From: a virus
Taxonomy: Duplodnaviria > Caudoviricetes
Virus record (IMG/VR): IMGVR_UViG_3300043465_001344
Coordinates: 1 to 54,944 of that record
Strand: one strand, 5' to 3'
DNA length: 54,944 nt
Both the position numbers and the translations under genes were made by a program. The notes under the pieces were generated by a model. The model searched no databases, was not told the origin of the DNA, and worked only from the letters and a program-made list of their open reading frames with translations. Below are positions 16,527 to 25,444 of this stretch, piece after piece; position 1 is the stretch's first letter, and each line of letters starts with the position of its first letter.

Positions 16527-18746
16527 ATGCGTTCCGACGCTTTCAAAAGAGACGTCTCGGTCAGCGAAGAGCTGCCGACCGCGGCGTTCACCATCCAAGG
16601 CAACGCGAAGATGTTCAGCATCCTCGCCGACAAGCTCTACTCCGACAAGCCGCGCGCCGTGATCCGCGAGATCAGCGCCAACGCGCTGGACGCCCACGGC
16701 ATGAACGGCCAGACCCGGCCGTTCGACATCAGCCTGCCGAACCACATGGAGCCGATGCTCATCATTCGCGACTACGGTCCGGGCATGAGCGACGACGACG
16801 TGATGATGATGTACACCTCGTTCGGTGCCTCGACCAAGGATCAGGGCAACGACGCCATCGGCGGCTTCGGTCTGGGCTGCAAGTCGCCCTTCGCCTATGC
16901 CGACGCCTTCACCGTCTCGTCGGTACAGGCCGGCGTCAAGCGGAACTACGCCGCCTACCGGGGGTCCGACGGCATCCCGCAGATGACCCGCGTCGGCGAG
17001 GAAGCCACCGATGAGCCGGACGGCATCAAGGTCTGTGTCCCGATCAAGGACAACGACTGGTGGACGTTCGAGCAGACCGCCATCGATCTGCTGCAGCACT
17101 TCCCCGAGGGCTCCTTCAACCCCCACGGCATCGAGGTCTCGGCCATCGAATACGTCTCGAAGCACGACGGCTACTGGGTCCGCAAGGCCAAGCCCCCGAA
17201 GCCCTACGTCCTGATGGGTCCCATCGCCTACCCGGTGGACTGGACCCTGATCCTCGAAGAGGGCGACGTCGCTCTGCCTGAGACCGTCATCATGGTCTTC
17301 GACATCGGCTCGCTCGACCTGCAGCCGAACCGCGAGGGCCTGTCCTACGACAACCTGACGCTGGCCACCCTGCGCCAGCGGTACCGGTCCATCGCTGACG
17401 CCTACGCCGAAGAGCAGTTCGCCCTCATCCAGAAGCTGAACCGCTTCGAGCAGGTGCTGCACATCGCCAGCCTGAAGGAAAACAAGACGTGGTCGATGAT
17501 CGCCAAGCGGTGGCCGACGACCTACGAGGAGCGCAAGGAGGGCGACAAGAGCGTTCTGCGCAAGGAGCTGACCACCGAGGGCTTCCCGGGCATCACCGAC
17601 CGAGTCGACATCGCCGGCCGCCCCTCGACCACGCGCCTCGACGCCAAGGGCCATAAGGGCGTTTCGTTCGACGTCTACACCACCCGGCCCGAGAAGCTGG
17701 CGCTGGAGGCCAAGGACCTCAACGAGCGGTCGATCTTCATCTTCGACGACATGCAGGCAGACGGTGATTTCAAGCGCCGGCTGACCTCGCGCTACAAGCA
17801 GGCCTGCCATGACCGCGGTCTGAACGCAGCCCGCTTCTACCTCTTCGACAAGGAGCCGGGCGTCTACAACTCGTTGAAGCGGGAGTTCGAGGACATCGCG
17901 CCGACCTATGCGACCTTCGAAGACCTGCAGGCCGCGCTCGTCGGCTGGGCGCACGCCGACACCAACGTCGTCCGCCTGTCCGACCTGCCCACCATGGCTG
18001 CCGCAGTGCGCAGCGGCACCGGTCGCAAGACCGAGCTGCGCGTGACCGGTATCCGGCTGGGTCAGAACCACCACACCAACAGCGCCCGCTGGTACGCGAA
18101 CTGCTGGGAAGAGCAGCCCGGTCTGGCCGAAGGCGGCGTCTACGCGCCTCTCTCCGGCACTGGTCTGGAGGACGGCTTCCCGCAGGGCATCATGAACTGC
18201 GAGTGGCGTCTGCAGGAACTGCCGCTGTTGCTCGGCCTGACCAAGAAGGCCCGGGACCAGATCCGCAAGGACGGCACGACCGAGGACTATGTCCGTCTCG
18301 ACGTCTATCTGCGTGAGCGGTACGACAACGAGATCGCTGACGAGGCGATCCTGAACGAGCTGGCCCGTCAGGCCACCATGGCGGACTTCTCCAAGGACCC
18401 GGTCGCCGTGGCTGCGCTCAGCATCGCGCAACGCCGCCCCGAACTGTTCCCGTCGATCACGGAGCGCGTGGCTCCGCTGATCGACCCGGGGCAGGCCATC
18501 CGCACCCGGGTCAGCCGCCTGCGGGACTACGCCACCCGGGCCAAGCTCGTGCTGCCCAAGGTGAAGAAGTTCAAGGTCTCCGCGATCAAGGAGATCCACA
18601 AGGTCCACGACCGGTCGCCGCTCCTGCGGACGCTGGTTAAGTCGGAGCGGTCGCAGGACTATTCCATCCTGCGCCACTTCGATCACGAAGACCTGATGGC
18701 CTTCGCCGGCATCCGCCGGACGCTGGCCAAGACGGTCGAAGAGTAG
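16527..18746 (+). CDS. rIIA: rIIA-like protein (N-terminal GHKL ATPase fold)
   Basis: MFSILADKLYSDKPRAVIREISANALDAH, DYGPGMS, GGFGLGCKSPFAY; followed by rIIB. Confidence 0.88.
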   Translation: MRSDAFKRDVSVSEELPTAAFTIQGNAKMFSILADKLYSDKPRAVIREISANALDAHGMNGQTRPFDISLPNHMEPMLIIRDYGPGMSDDDVMMMYTSFGASTKDQGNDAIGGFGLGCKSPFAYADAFTVSSVQAGVKRNYAAYRGSDGIPQMTRVGEEATDEPDGIKVCVPIKDNDWWTFEQTAIDLLQHFPEGSFNPHGIEVSAIEYVSKHDGYWVRKAKPPKPYVLMGPIAYPVDWTLILEEGDVALPETVIMVFDIGSLDLQPNREGLSYDNLTLATLRQRYRSIADAYAEEQFALIQKLNRFEQVLHIASLKENKTWSMIAKRWPTTYEERKEGDKSVLRKELTTEGFPGITDRVDIAGRPSTTRLDAKGHKGVSFDVYTTRPEKLALEAKDLNERSIFIFDDMQADGDFKRRLTSRYKQACHDRGLNAARFYLFDKEPGVYNSLKREFEDIAPTYATFEDLQAALVGWAHADTNVVRLSDLPTMAAAVRSGTGRKTELRVTGIRLGQNHHTNSARWYANCWEEQPGLAEGGVYAPLSGTGLEDGFPQGIMNCEWRLQELPLLLGLTKKARDQIRKDGTTEDYVRLDVYLRERYDNEIADEAILNELARQATMADFSKDPVAVAALSIAQRRPELFPSITERVAPLIDPGQAIRTRVSRLRDYATRAKLVLPKVKKFKVSAIKEIHKVHDRSPLLRTLVKSERSQDYSILRHFDHEDLMAFAGIRRTLAKTVEE

Positions 18747-18781
18747 TAGCCTACCTCCACCCACCCTGTAAGGACAAGACA

Positions 18782-19987
18782 ATGAACCCCGTGATCTCCA
18801 TCACAAGCGCCGACAGCGTGACCGTGTTCGTGGCTGGCAAGCCCTTCACGGTCGCGTCCGACAACCCCCGATACGACGAGCTGAAAGCCGCCATCTCGGC
18901 GGGCGATCTCGATCTCGTGGACGGGATCGTCAACGCCTCCACCCGCCTCACGAAAGTCCTCGGCGTCTACGGCGACGTCGCGGTCTTCGCCGGCCACGTC
19001 ACCTTCCAAGGCCGCCCGGTCAAGACCAGTCTGGTCGAGCGGCTGCTGAAGATGGTCAATCAGGGCCGCGACCCTGAACCCTACGCCCGGTTCCTCGACC
19101 GCGTCATGCGCAACCCCACCAAGGATGCGATCTCGATGTTGTTCGACTGGGTCGAGAAGGCCGACCTGCCCATCCTGCCGGACGGGCGGTTCCTCGCCTA
19201 TCGCTACGTCAACATGGCCTACCTCGACGCCCACACGCGGACCATGGACAACACGCCGGGCCGGGTCATCCGCATGCCCCGCGAGGCGTGCGACGAGAAC
19301 CACCAGAACACCTGCTCACGCGGCCTGCACTTCTGCAACCACACCTACCTGAAGAGCATGTCCGGCTACCGCTGCCTCATCATGGCCGAGGACCCCGCCG
19401 ACGTCGTGAGCTTCCCGCAGGACGGCGGCGGCTCCAAGGGCCGCACCGAGAAGCACGAGGCCCTGTTCGAGATCTCGATGGACGACGCCCGCGAGGGCAT
19501 CTTCTTCGAGGGCGAGGACAAGCTGGTCTTCGACTTCGACCGGGTCGAGCACTACCAGCGCCTGCAGCTGGTCTTCCTCGCCGCCGAAGGTGAGGACGCC
19601 AGTGAGTTTCTGGCGGCCTACGACGCCGGTTATCGCGTCGTCTGGAGCGAAGTCGACGGCGACCAGTGGGGTCTGACCATCGCGGATCGTGTCATTGACA
19701 GCTACCCCACCCGCGCCGCGGCGTGGCAGGCTGCGGTCGACATGAACATCCACAACGTGGCCCCGTCGGAGGAGGCCGAGGTGGCCGCCATGGACGACGA
19801 CGCGACCGAGACCTTCTCGGGCCGTCTGTCTGCGATTGAGAACCAGCTGGCGATCAGTCTCATCTACGGCAACGAAGGGACGTTCAGCGAGCGCCTCGAC
19901 CGCATCGAGTTTGAGCTGGGTCTGACCGACCACACCCCGCCGCAGATCGATCGACTGACCCGCGCCGAGCAAGCCGCCGGCTTGTAA
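18782..19987 (+). CDS. rIIB: rIIB-like protein
   Basis: LPILPDGRFLAY, MPREACDENHQNTCSRGLHFC; adjacent to rIIA. Confidence 0.85.
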   Translation: MNPVISITSADSVTVFVAGKPFTVASDNPRYDELKAAISAGDLDLVDGIVNASTRLTKVLGVYGDVAVFAGHVTFQGRPVKTSLVERLLKMVNQGRDPEPYARFLDRVMRNPTKDAISMLFDWVEKADLPILPDGRFLAYRYVNMAYLDAHTRTMDNTPGRVIRMPREACDENHQNTCSRGLHFCNHTYLKSMSGYRCLIMAEDPADVVSFPQDGGGSKGRTEKHEALFEISMDDAREGIFFEGEDKLVFDFDRVEHYQRLQLVFLAAEGEDASEFLAAYDAGYRVVWSEVDGDQWGLTIADRVIDSYPTRAAAWQAAVDMNIHNVAPSEEAEVAAMDDDATETFSGRLSAIENQLAISLIYGNEGTFSERLDRIEFELGLTDHTPPQIDRLTRAEQAAGL

Positions 19988-19989
19988 GG

Positions 19990-20005
19990 TTTAACGCGTT
20001 AAAAA
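19990..20005. repeat. palindromic motif, copy 13 (last one seen)
   Basis: TTTAACGCGTTAAAAA. Confidence 0.85.
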
Positions 20006-20042
20006 TCAGGGGCTTAGCTTCGGCTGAGCCCCTGACCTTTAT
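20006..20042. terminator. stem-loop / probable terminator
   Basis: TCAGGGGCTTAGC-TTCG-GCTGAGCCCCTGA, with an A tract before and CCTTTAT after. Confidence 0.65.
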
Positions 20043-20053
20043 AGGCTATCGAC

Positions 20054-20338
20054 ATGGACATCCTCATCGGCGGCGCGTTCGGCGCTGCCATCGTCTTCGC
20101 CGCGCTGGCTATCGTCTGGGTCATCCACCGCCGACGAGCCCTAACCCGCACCACCACCGCCCCCGACGTCCAGCGCCTCCGGGTCTGGACCGCGGAGCAG
20201 CTGTCCACCCTGACCGTCGAGCAGCAGGAAGCCATGCGCCTCTGGGCGTGGGCTGAACGCCAGAACTGGATGGTCGTCACCGAAAACGTCAACCTTGGGA
20301 ACGAGTTTCCCCGCGCCAAGGAGGCGCTCCTGTCATGA
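20054..20338 (+). CDS. membrane-anchored hypothetical protein
   Basis: N-terminal TM helix followed by HRRR. Confidence 0.6.
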   Translation: MDILIGGAFGAAIVFAALAIVWVIHRRRALTRTTTAPDVQRLRVWTAEQLSTLTVEQQEAMRLWAWAERQNWMVVTENVNLGNEFPRAKEALLS

Positions 20339-20706
20339 AAATCACTGTCCAAACCGAAGTCCCGTTCCAGCGCATCGCCGACGTCATGTGCGGTGCAATC
20401 GAGGGCGGCTCCGCCTACTGGTGTCAGGACTTCATCCGCGAGAGCGGCCCGGACCTGCCCAACTTCTACGCCGAGGCCGCCTTCTACGAGAGCGGCAACT
20501 ACTCCATCAAGGTCACCCACGACGACCCGGATGGCGACGACCAGAAGACCACCATCATCGGCCCGACCGAGGTCGAGGCCGGCGTCCAGCTGATGGCCAC
20601 CAAGTTCAGCAGTCACTTCAACGACATGATGACCGAGGCCGACGACGCCATCACGTCGGACGTCCTGCTGCAGTGCATTGTGCTGAAGGACTTGGTCTTT
20701 GGCTAA
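20335..20706 (+). CDS. conserved phage hypothetical protein
   Basis: AIEGGSAYW...DAITSDVLLQCIVLKDLVFG; AAGGAGG SD. Confidence 0.7.
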   Translation: MKITVQTEVPFQRIADVMCGAIEGGSAYWCQDFIRESGPDLPNFYAEAAFYESGNYSIKVTHDDPDGDDQKTTIIGPTEVEAGVQLMATKFSSHFNDMMTEADDAITSDVLLQCIVLKDLVFG

Positions 20707-20804
20707 GCCCCGCACGAAGGTCTACTGGACGAAGAAGTCCAAGAATGGCCGGTTCCTGATCCGCGGCTGTATCGGGCAGTCGCGGGTCACGCTCATCGTG
20801 CGCA

Positions 20805-21206
20805 ATGGCTAAGCCCATCCGTACCCCCGCCGAGGCCATGGAGACTGTCGTCTCCATGGCCAAGCACGGCCACCTCATCCAGCAGCTGAGCCCCTACCAC
20901 TTCCGCGTCTGCTACGGGCGTGATCTCTGGGTCGACTGGTGGCCGACGACCGGAGCTGTTCGCATCGTCATCGAGCAGTGCGGCCGACCCCTTTTCAACG
21001 AGCGCGATCTCGCCGCTCTTCTCGAAGGCTTCCACTATGCCACATTCAGAACTCGACCTATCCCGGTACTGGATAGTCCACGTCAACCGCAACGTCATCC
21101 AGCGGAACGCCCACAAACCCCCGAGCGAGCGCGAGCCCGCCGTCCGCATCCAGAAGGGCAAGAGGGGCAAGCCGAAGTACGGGATGAGGGTCCGCCTTGG
21201 GCCTAG
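20805..21206 (+). CDS. hypothetical protein (3' part overlaps the next gene)
   Basis: N-terminal half looks coding (YHFRV..VDWWPTTG); the tail looks like an off-frame read-through. Confidence 0.4.
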   Translation: MAKPIRTPAEAMETVVSMAKHGHLIQQLSPYHFRVCYGRDLWVDWWPTTGAVRIVIEQCGRPLFNERDLAALLEGFHYATFRTRPIPVLDSPRQPQRHPAERPQTPERARARRPHPEGQEGQAEVRDEGPPWA

Positions 21207-21297
21207 CGAGATGATCTACTCGCCCGACGAGGCCCTGCTCCCCTGCGGCGCGAAGATGATCCTCATCACCGAGACCGAGCCGGAGGTCGTCGCGTGA
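21037..21297 (+). CDS. conserved phage hypothetical protein
   Basis: VHVNRNVIQRN...GPSEMIYSPD..LPCGAK pattern. Confidence 0.65.
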   Translation: MPHSELDLSRYWIVHVNRNVIQRNAHKPPSEREPAVRIQKGKRGKPKYGMRVRLGPSEMIYSPDEALLPCGAKMILITETEPEVVA

Positions 21298-22157
21298 CCA
21301 CCCGGGACTACGAGCTGATCGGCCTCGACTTCGCCGATCTCGAACTACGCGTTTTCGCCCACCTTCATGAGAGAACCATGACCGACTTCAACTACGCCGC
21401 CCTCGCTCAGCGCACCTGCCCCGACGGCTACCACGCCACCGCCGTCCCCCCGGGGCTGCTGATGTCCTCGATGATGAACGCCATCAACGCGCTGGCCGCC
21501 CTCGACGTCATCAAGAAGGCCTACGCCTACGGCAAGCCGCTGCCGGCCGCCCTGAAGCCCATCGCCGACGCCACCACTGGCACCGTCTTCGCCGGCGAGC
21601 TGGACGGTCACATCCTGCACTCGATCCTCGGCATCGCGACCGAGGGCGGTGAGCTGCTCGAAGCCGCCGTGAAGACCCTGTTCAACGGAGAGGCGTTCGA
21701 CATCGTCAACTTCCAAGAGGAGCTGGGCGACGTCGCTTGGTACCGCGCCATCGGCCTGAACGCCGTCGGCCAGTCCGTGGATGAGAACGACCGCCAGAAC
21801 ATCGACAAGCTGCTGGAGCGGTTCCCCAACAAGTTCGACGCCGATCTGGCGATCAACCGTGACACGGCGGCCGAGCGCCGGGTGCTGGAGGGCGAGGACT
21901 TCGCTGAAGATCTGGGCGACGTCGAGATCATCGCCCACGGCCCCGACCACAACCGGCTGCGCTGGACCGATGATGAGGGCACGGTGCGCCTGTCGAGCCG
22001 CGTCGTCCTGATGCCCTTCCGGGCCGCCCACGAGTACAATGGCAAGTACAAGGGCCAGCTGCTCGCCACGGACGACACCACTCTGTACCGCATCAACGGG
22101 ACGGTGACCGACAACAGCGCCTACCCGGCCGAGCCGGCCGATGCTGGTAGCGCGTAA
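21294..22157 (+). CDS. mazG: MazG-like NTP pyrophosphohydrolase (alternative start at 21378)
   Basis: HSILGIATEGGELL...FQEELGDVAWY...NIDKLLERFPNKF. Confidence 0.82.
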   Translation: MTTRDYELIGLDFADLELRVFAHLHERTMTDFNYAALAQRTCPDGYHATAVPPGLLMSSMMNAINALAALDVIKKAYAYGKPLPAALKPIADATTGTVFAGELDGHILHSILGIATEGGELLEAAVKTLFNGEAFDIVNFQEELGDVAWYRAIGLNAVGQSVDENDRQNIDKLLERFPNKFDADLAINRDTAAERRVLEGEDFAEDLGDVEIIAHGPDHNRLRWTDDEGTVRLSSRVVLMPFRAAHEYNGKYKGQLLATDDTTLYRINGTVTDNSAYPAEPADAGSA

Positions 22158-22395
22158 GGTCGTCGCGGCGGCGATGGCGGAGGCCTCCAAGTTGGGGGCC
22201 TCCATCTCGTTCCGCCCGGGCTCTAAGCACGTCCTCATGGAGGTGACGCTTGGTGAGGCCCGCCGGCAGACGACCCTGTCGAACAGTCCCAGCAAAAAAC
22301 GTGAAGTGCATCAGGAGGACTGGGTTCGCCAGTTCATCCGGCGCGCAGTGAAGGAGATGAAATCGTGCAATACCTCGACGCCCTCCAAGCCGTAG
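22141..22395 (+). CDS. small protein, possible HicA-like fold
   Basis: Helix-beta-GSKH-beta-beta-SPS-helix pattern. Confidence 0.4.
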   Translation: MLVARKVVAAAMAEASKLGASISFRPGSKHVLMEVTLGEARRQTTLSNSPSKKREVHQEDWVRQFIRRAVKEMKSCNTSTPSKP

Positions 22396-23018
22396 GCGGC
22401 CTTGGCAAGCCCAGCAAAATGCCGTGGTGGTCATGGTCCATATCGGCCACCGAGTGCATCACCGGGTCCAAACTGGCCGAGGTCGATGGCACCGTCTGCT
22501 CCGGCTGCTACGCCCTCAAAGGCAACTACCGCTTCGACAACGTCATCGCGGCCCAAGAGCGACGCCTCGCCGCGGCGCGTGACCCGGGGTTCGTGGGTGC
22601 TTTCGTGATCGTGCTGAAGCACCTGCTCAAGCATCAGCGCCGCGAGCGGAGACCCGGCGTCCCGGAGAACCGCTTCCGCTGGTTCGACGCCGGGGACCTG
22701 CAGGACGTTGAGATGTTGGACAAGATCGTGCAGATCGCCCGGGCCACCCCCGAGATCTCGCACTGGCTGCCGACGCGCGAGCTGCCGGTCGTCCGCGCCT
22801 ATCTGGCCGGCGGCGGGTCCTTCCCGCCCAACCTCGTTGTCCGCACCTCGAGCCCCAAGATCGGCGTCGCTCCCAAGCAGCGTCCGTTCGACCTGCCGGT
22901 CTCCACGGTCAGCGCCCCGGGTGCCCGGCACGACTGCCCGGCCAGCCAGCAGGGCAACAAGTGTCTCTCCTGCGACGCTTGCTGGTCGACGCGCGACATC
23001 AACTACCACTATCACTAG
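22365..23018 (+). CDS. Gp88-like Cys-rich (radical-SAM-related) phage protein
   Basis: PSKMP, C..GSKL....VCSGCYA, FRWFDAGDLQ, HWLPTRE, CPA...KCLSCDACW. Confidence 0.75.
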   Translation: MQYLDALQAVGGLGKPSKMPWWSWSISATECITGSKLAEVDGTVCSGCYALKGNYRFDNVIAAQERRLAAARDPGFVGAFVIVLKHLLKHQRRERRPGVPENRFRWFDAGDLQDVEMLDKIVQIARATPEISHWLPTRELPVVRAYLAGGGSFPPNLVVRTSSPKIGVAPKQRPFDLPVSTVSAPGARHDCPASQQGNKCLSCDACWSTRDINYHYH

Positions 23019-23028
23019 GCCCGGGCTA

Positions 23029-23057
23029 TTGACGCACCCTAACCGGTGCGTCATCTT
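23029..23057 (+). promoter_or_regulatory. sigma70-like promoter overlapped by an inverted-repeat operator
   Basis: TTGACG-N17-CATCTT; IR TGACGCACC (23030-38) / GGTGCGTCA (23045-53). Confidence 0.5.
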
Positions 23058-23082
23058 CCACTGGACAACTCAGGACCCCTCA

Positions 23083-23526
23083 ATGACCGGAAGCCGTGAC
23101 GACATCCGCGCCCTCAACGCGGAGCTGGTGGAGGCGTACTATAAGGGGGAGAGTGTGGCGGCCATCGCCTCCCGCTCCGGCAGGGACAACTCGACGATCA
23201 GCAAGTTGATCCGAACCGACACCCTCCTCAACGGCCCACGCCCCCGCACTGCCAAGCCTGCCGATCCCCGCTTGATGGTGGACAAGAAGACGCTTTCGAA
23301 GCGCCACACATGGATCGGCATCCAGATCGCCCGGTACCGGGCGGAACACGACCACACCCCCACCCAGTTCGGCATGCTGATCAACGCCAGCCGGGTGGTG
23401 GTGCGAAACATGGAGGTCGGTGCCCACGACTTCACCCTCTGCCAGATCGACCGGCTGAGCGAGGTGTTGAAGATGGACTTCCAGACCCTTACGACACCCG
23501 CGTTGGTGTCGGTGACCCGAGCGTAA
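23083..23526 (+). CDS. HTH DNA-binding protein (two HTH-like units, the C-terminal one Xre-like)
   Basis: SVAAIASRSGRDNSTISKLI; IARYR...TQFGMLINASRVVVRNMEVG...LSEVL. Confidence 0.65.
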   Translation: MTGSRDDIRALNAELVEAYYKGESVAAIASRSGRDNSTISKLIRTDTLLNGPRPRTAKPADPRLMVDKKTLSKRHTWIGIQIARYRAEHDHTPTQFGMLINASRVVVRNMEVGAHDFTLCQIDRLSEVLKMDFQTLTTPALVSVTRA

Positions 23527-23539
23527 AGGACCAGCCCCT

Positions 23540-23734
23540 GTGAAAACTCTTGAAGACGCCGCCAAGACCTACTGGCGCTACGGCCAGCATCTGGCCGCAC
23601 TGAGGACCCCCGAGGAACGCGAGCAGTTCCTGATGTTCACCGTCGCGCCGACGGCGGCCGGGACCACCAGCCAGCATGAGCGCCGCCTGCTCGGCAAGCT
23701 GCTGAACCGCGAAGTCGCGGTCGCCACGGGATGA
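23540..23734 (+). CDS. hypothetical protein
   Basis: AAAGGA SD. Confidence 0.55.
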   Translation: MKTLEDAAKTYWRYGQHLAALRTPEEREQFLMFTVAPTAAGTTSQHERRLLGKLLNREVAVATG

Positions 23735-24345
23735 TCGTCAGCCGCTTCGGTCTGCACACCGCCGGCGGCATCCCGTTCCTACTCCAGAAAAACGGGTTCC
23801 AGAACCTGATCTCGCCGGAGCTGCGCGCTCCGTTCGAAGCGATGATCAAGCCGCGCAATGCCCTGTGCCAGCATGAGATCAACCTGTCCTCGGCTACCCC
23901 AGCCCCGGGTTGGATCGACGAGCCGCTGGCTCAGGTCTTCCACCCGGTGCCGGGCTCGTTCGTCAAGATCATCGTCGACCCCGACGGCACCCTCGGCCCG
24001 AAGTTGGAGACGCTCGCGCGTCTCTCCAGCCCGACCGAGACGCTGATCCGCCCCATCTGGTGGCGGCAAGCGATGAAGCTGGCCCCGCTCTACCAGCTGA
24101 CCAACATCGGCCCGCTGGTCTGGACGGCGGCCACGGTCGGCCGGACCCGGGAGATCGAACGCCACGTCGAGCTGGCCGCCGCCAACGGCCGGCGGGTGCT
24201 GATCGTGGCCGAGAGCCGCATCCCGATCTTCCAAGGCGTTGAGTGGATCGAGCCCTTCGACTTTCCCATCGACGCCCCCTTCGAAGCCATCGGCGCAGGA
24301 TTGCTGCGCCGCCACATGGAGACCATCCAATGCGGAACATCCTGA
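23731..24345 (+). CDS. hypothetical protein
   Basis: ATGA overlap. Confidence 0.6.
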   Translation: MIVSRFGLHTAGGIPFLLQKNGFQNLISPELRAPFEAMIKPRNALCQHEINLSSATPAPGWIDEPLAQVFHPVPGSFVKIIVDPDGTLGPKLETLARLSSPTETLIRPIWWRQAMKLAPLYQLTNIGPLVWTAATVGRTREIERHVELAAANGRRVLIVAESRIPIFQGVEWIEPFDFPIDAPFEAIGAGLLRRHMETIQCGTS

Positions 24346-24569
24346 TCCCCACCCTGCTGTTGTTGGCGGCCTGCGACACCCGACCTGACCACGCTGAGTA
24401 CCAGCAGGTCTGCATGGACTACGACAGCTCGACCACCACCGCGGTCGGCACCACCATCGGGGCAAACGGGCAGGTCTCGACCACCATCACGCCGATCACC
24501 ACCAGCTGGTGCGTTCGATACGAGGTGCAGTGCATCGCTGGCAAGGACGGGAGCACGACCTGTGAGTAG
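24330..24569 (+). CDS. small lipoprotein
   Basis: MRNILIPTLLLLAA-C lipobox; GGAG SD. Confidence 0.7.
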   Translation: MRNILIPTLLLLAACDTRPDHAEYQQVCMDYDSSTTTAVGTTIGANGQVSTTITPITTSWCVRYEVQCIAGKDGSTTCE

Positions 24570-24903
24570 ATGCAGCAGAGACCGGTGTGGGCAGGAAGCG
24601 GTCAAAGACCGTCTCTGCACCGTCCACCTCGCCGACCGCGACGAGCGCCGACGTCGGGGTCGGCTGATCCCGAAGTGCGCCGTCACCGGCTGCAACCAAC
24701 AGCGCAACAGCGTCAGCGACCGGTGCGGCGTCCATTGGAACGCCCTGCTCGAACGCCAGCGTGAGCTGGAGCGGGAGCAGCAGCGCGAACAGGCGATGGA
24801 GGACTTCAAGGAGCGGCTGCGGGTTCGCATCCGTGGGGCGCACAGCATCCCCGCCCTACAGGAAGTCCTGTGCAACATGGTCGACTATATGGTGTCGTCA
24901 TGA
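24562..24903 (+). CDS. Cys/His Zn-finger-like protein
   Basis: Two C-x4-C-x9/10-C-x2-H repeats followed by a coiled coil. Confidence 0.6.
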   Translation: MSRCSRDRCGQEAVKDRLCTVHLADRDERRRRGRLIPKCAVTGCNQQRNSVSDRCGVHWNALLERQRELEREQQREQAMEDFKERLRVRIRGAHSIPALQEVLCNMVDYMVSS

Positions 24904-25292
24904 CCGTCTACTACGACCACAGGGCCGAGGCCGAGCGCAAGGCCCGCGACACGCCGGCCCAGATCGTCCACATCGCCCGGTCCAAGGGCTACTTCGACGT
25001 CAGCCACCGCTGGCGCGACGGCTGGCTAACCCGGCGCTGCATGGAGCTGGTGCGGCTGGGCTTCCTGAAGCGCGGCCGGCAGAAGGCGGCGTGGCAAGGC
25101 TCCACCCGCTACTTCCCCTCCCAGAAATGGTACTGGAAAATCCATGGCAAACCGACTGCAGCGTCGGCGGCTGGCGAAGTACAAACGCCGCAAGGACCAC
25201 GCCCGGACGAAGAACCAGTTTCTGGTGTGGTCGATCCGCTTTCACCGCCTGTGTCATCGACTGCACGGGCCGCCGAACCTCTGGAGACTTGA
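24900..25292 (+). CDS. hypothetical protein
   Basis: ATGA overlap; 3' end uncertain. Confidence 0.45.
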   Translation: MTVYYDHRAEAERKARDTPAQIVHIARSKGYFDVSHRWRDGWLTRRCMELVRLGFLKRGRQKAAWQGSTRYFPSQKWYWKIHGKPTAASAAGEVQTPQGPRPDEEPVSGVVDPLSPPVSSTARAAEPLET

Positions 25293-25444
25293 GTGATGCA
25301 CTGGCCCAATCTGACGTTCAGCTTCGATATCTCGCCCTTCGACTGGAAGCGGTTCCAAATCGGACACCCGTGGCAGAGGCACCAGCCCGACGCTGTCTGG
25401 CTGATCGTCGGCCCGCTTGGCATCGGCGCGCACTGGGGCGGGTG

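Noticed and set aside
16497-18782. Long antisense ORFs (761 aa here, 895 aa at 28959-31646, and others)
   Set aside because: These are shadows of high-GC3 sense genes and carry no recognisable motifs.
2601-20005. TTAA-containing motif as canonical CtrA boxes
   Set aside because: CtrA sites are TTAA-N7-TTAA. Spacing here is N3-N4 with dyad symmetry. Half-site binding cannot be excluded.
2601-20005. Motif copies as a CRISPR array or integron attC sites
   Set aside because: They are only 13-16 bp, irregularly spaced by whole genes, and there is no cas gene or integrase in the window.
24761-25444. 228-aa N-terminal extension of the helicase in the ORF track
   Set aside because: Arg/Pro-rich off-frame sequence overlapping other small genes. 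Helicase motifs begin after 25445.
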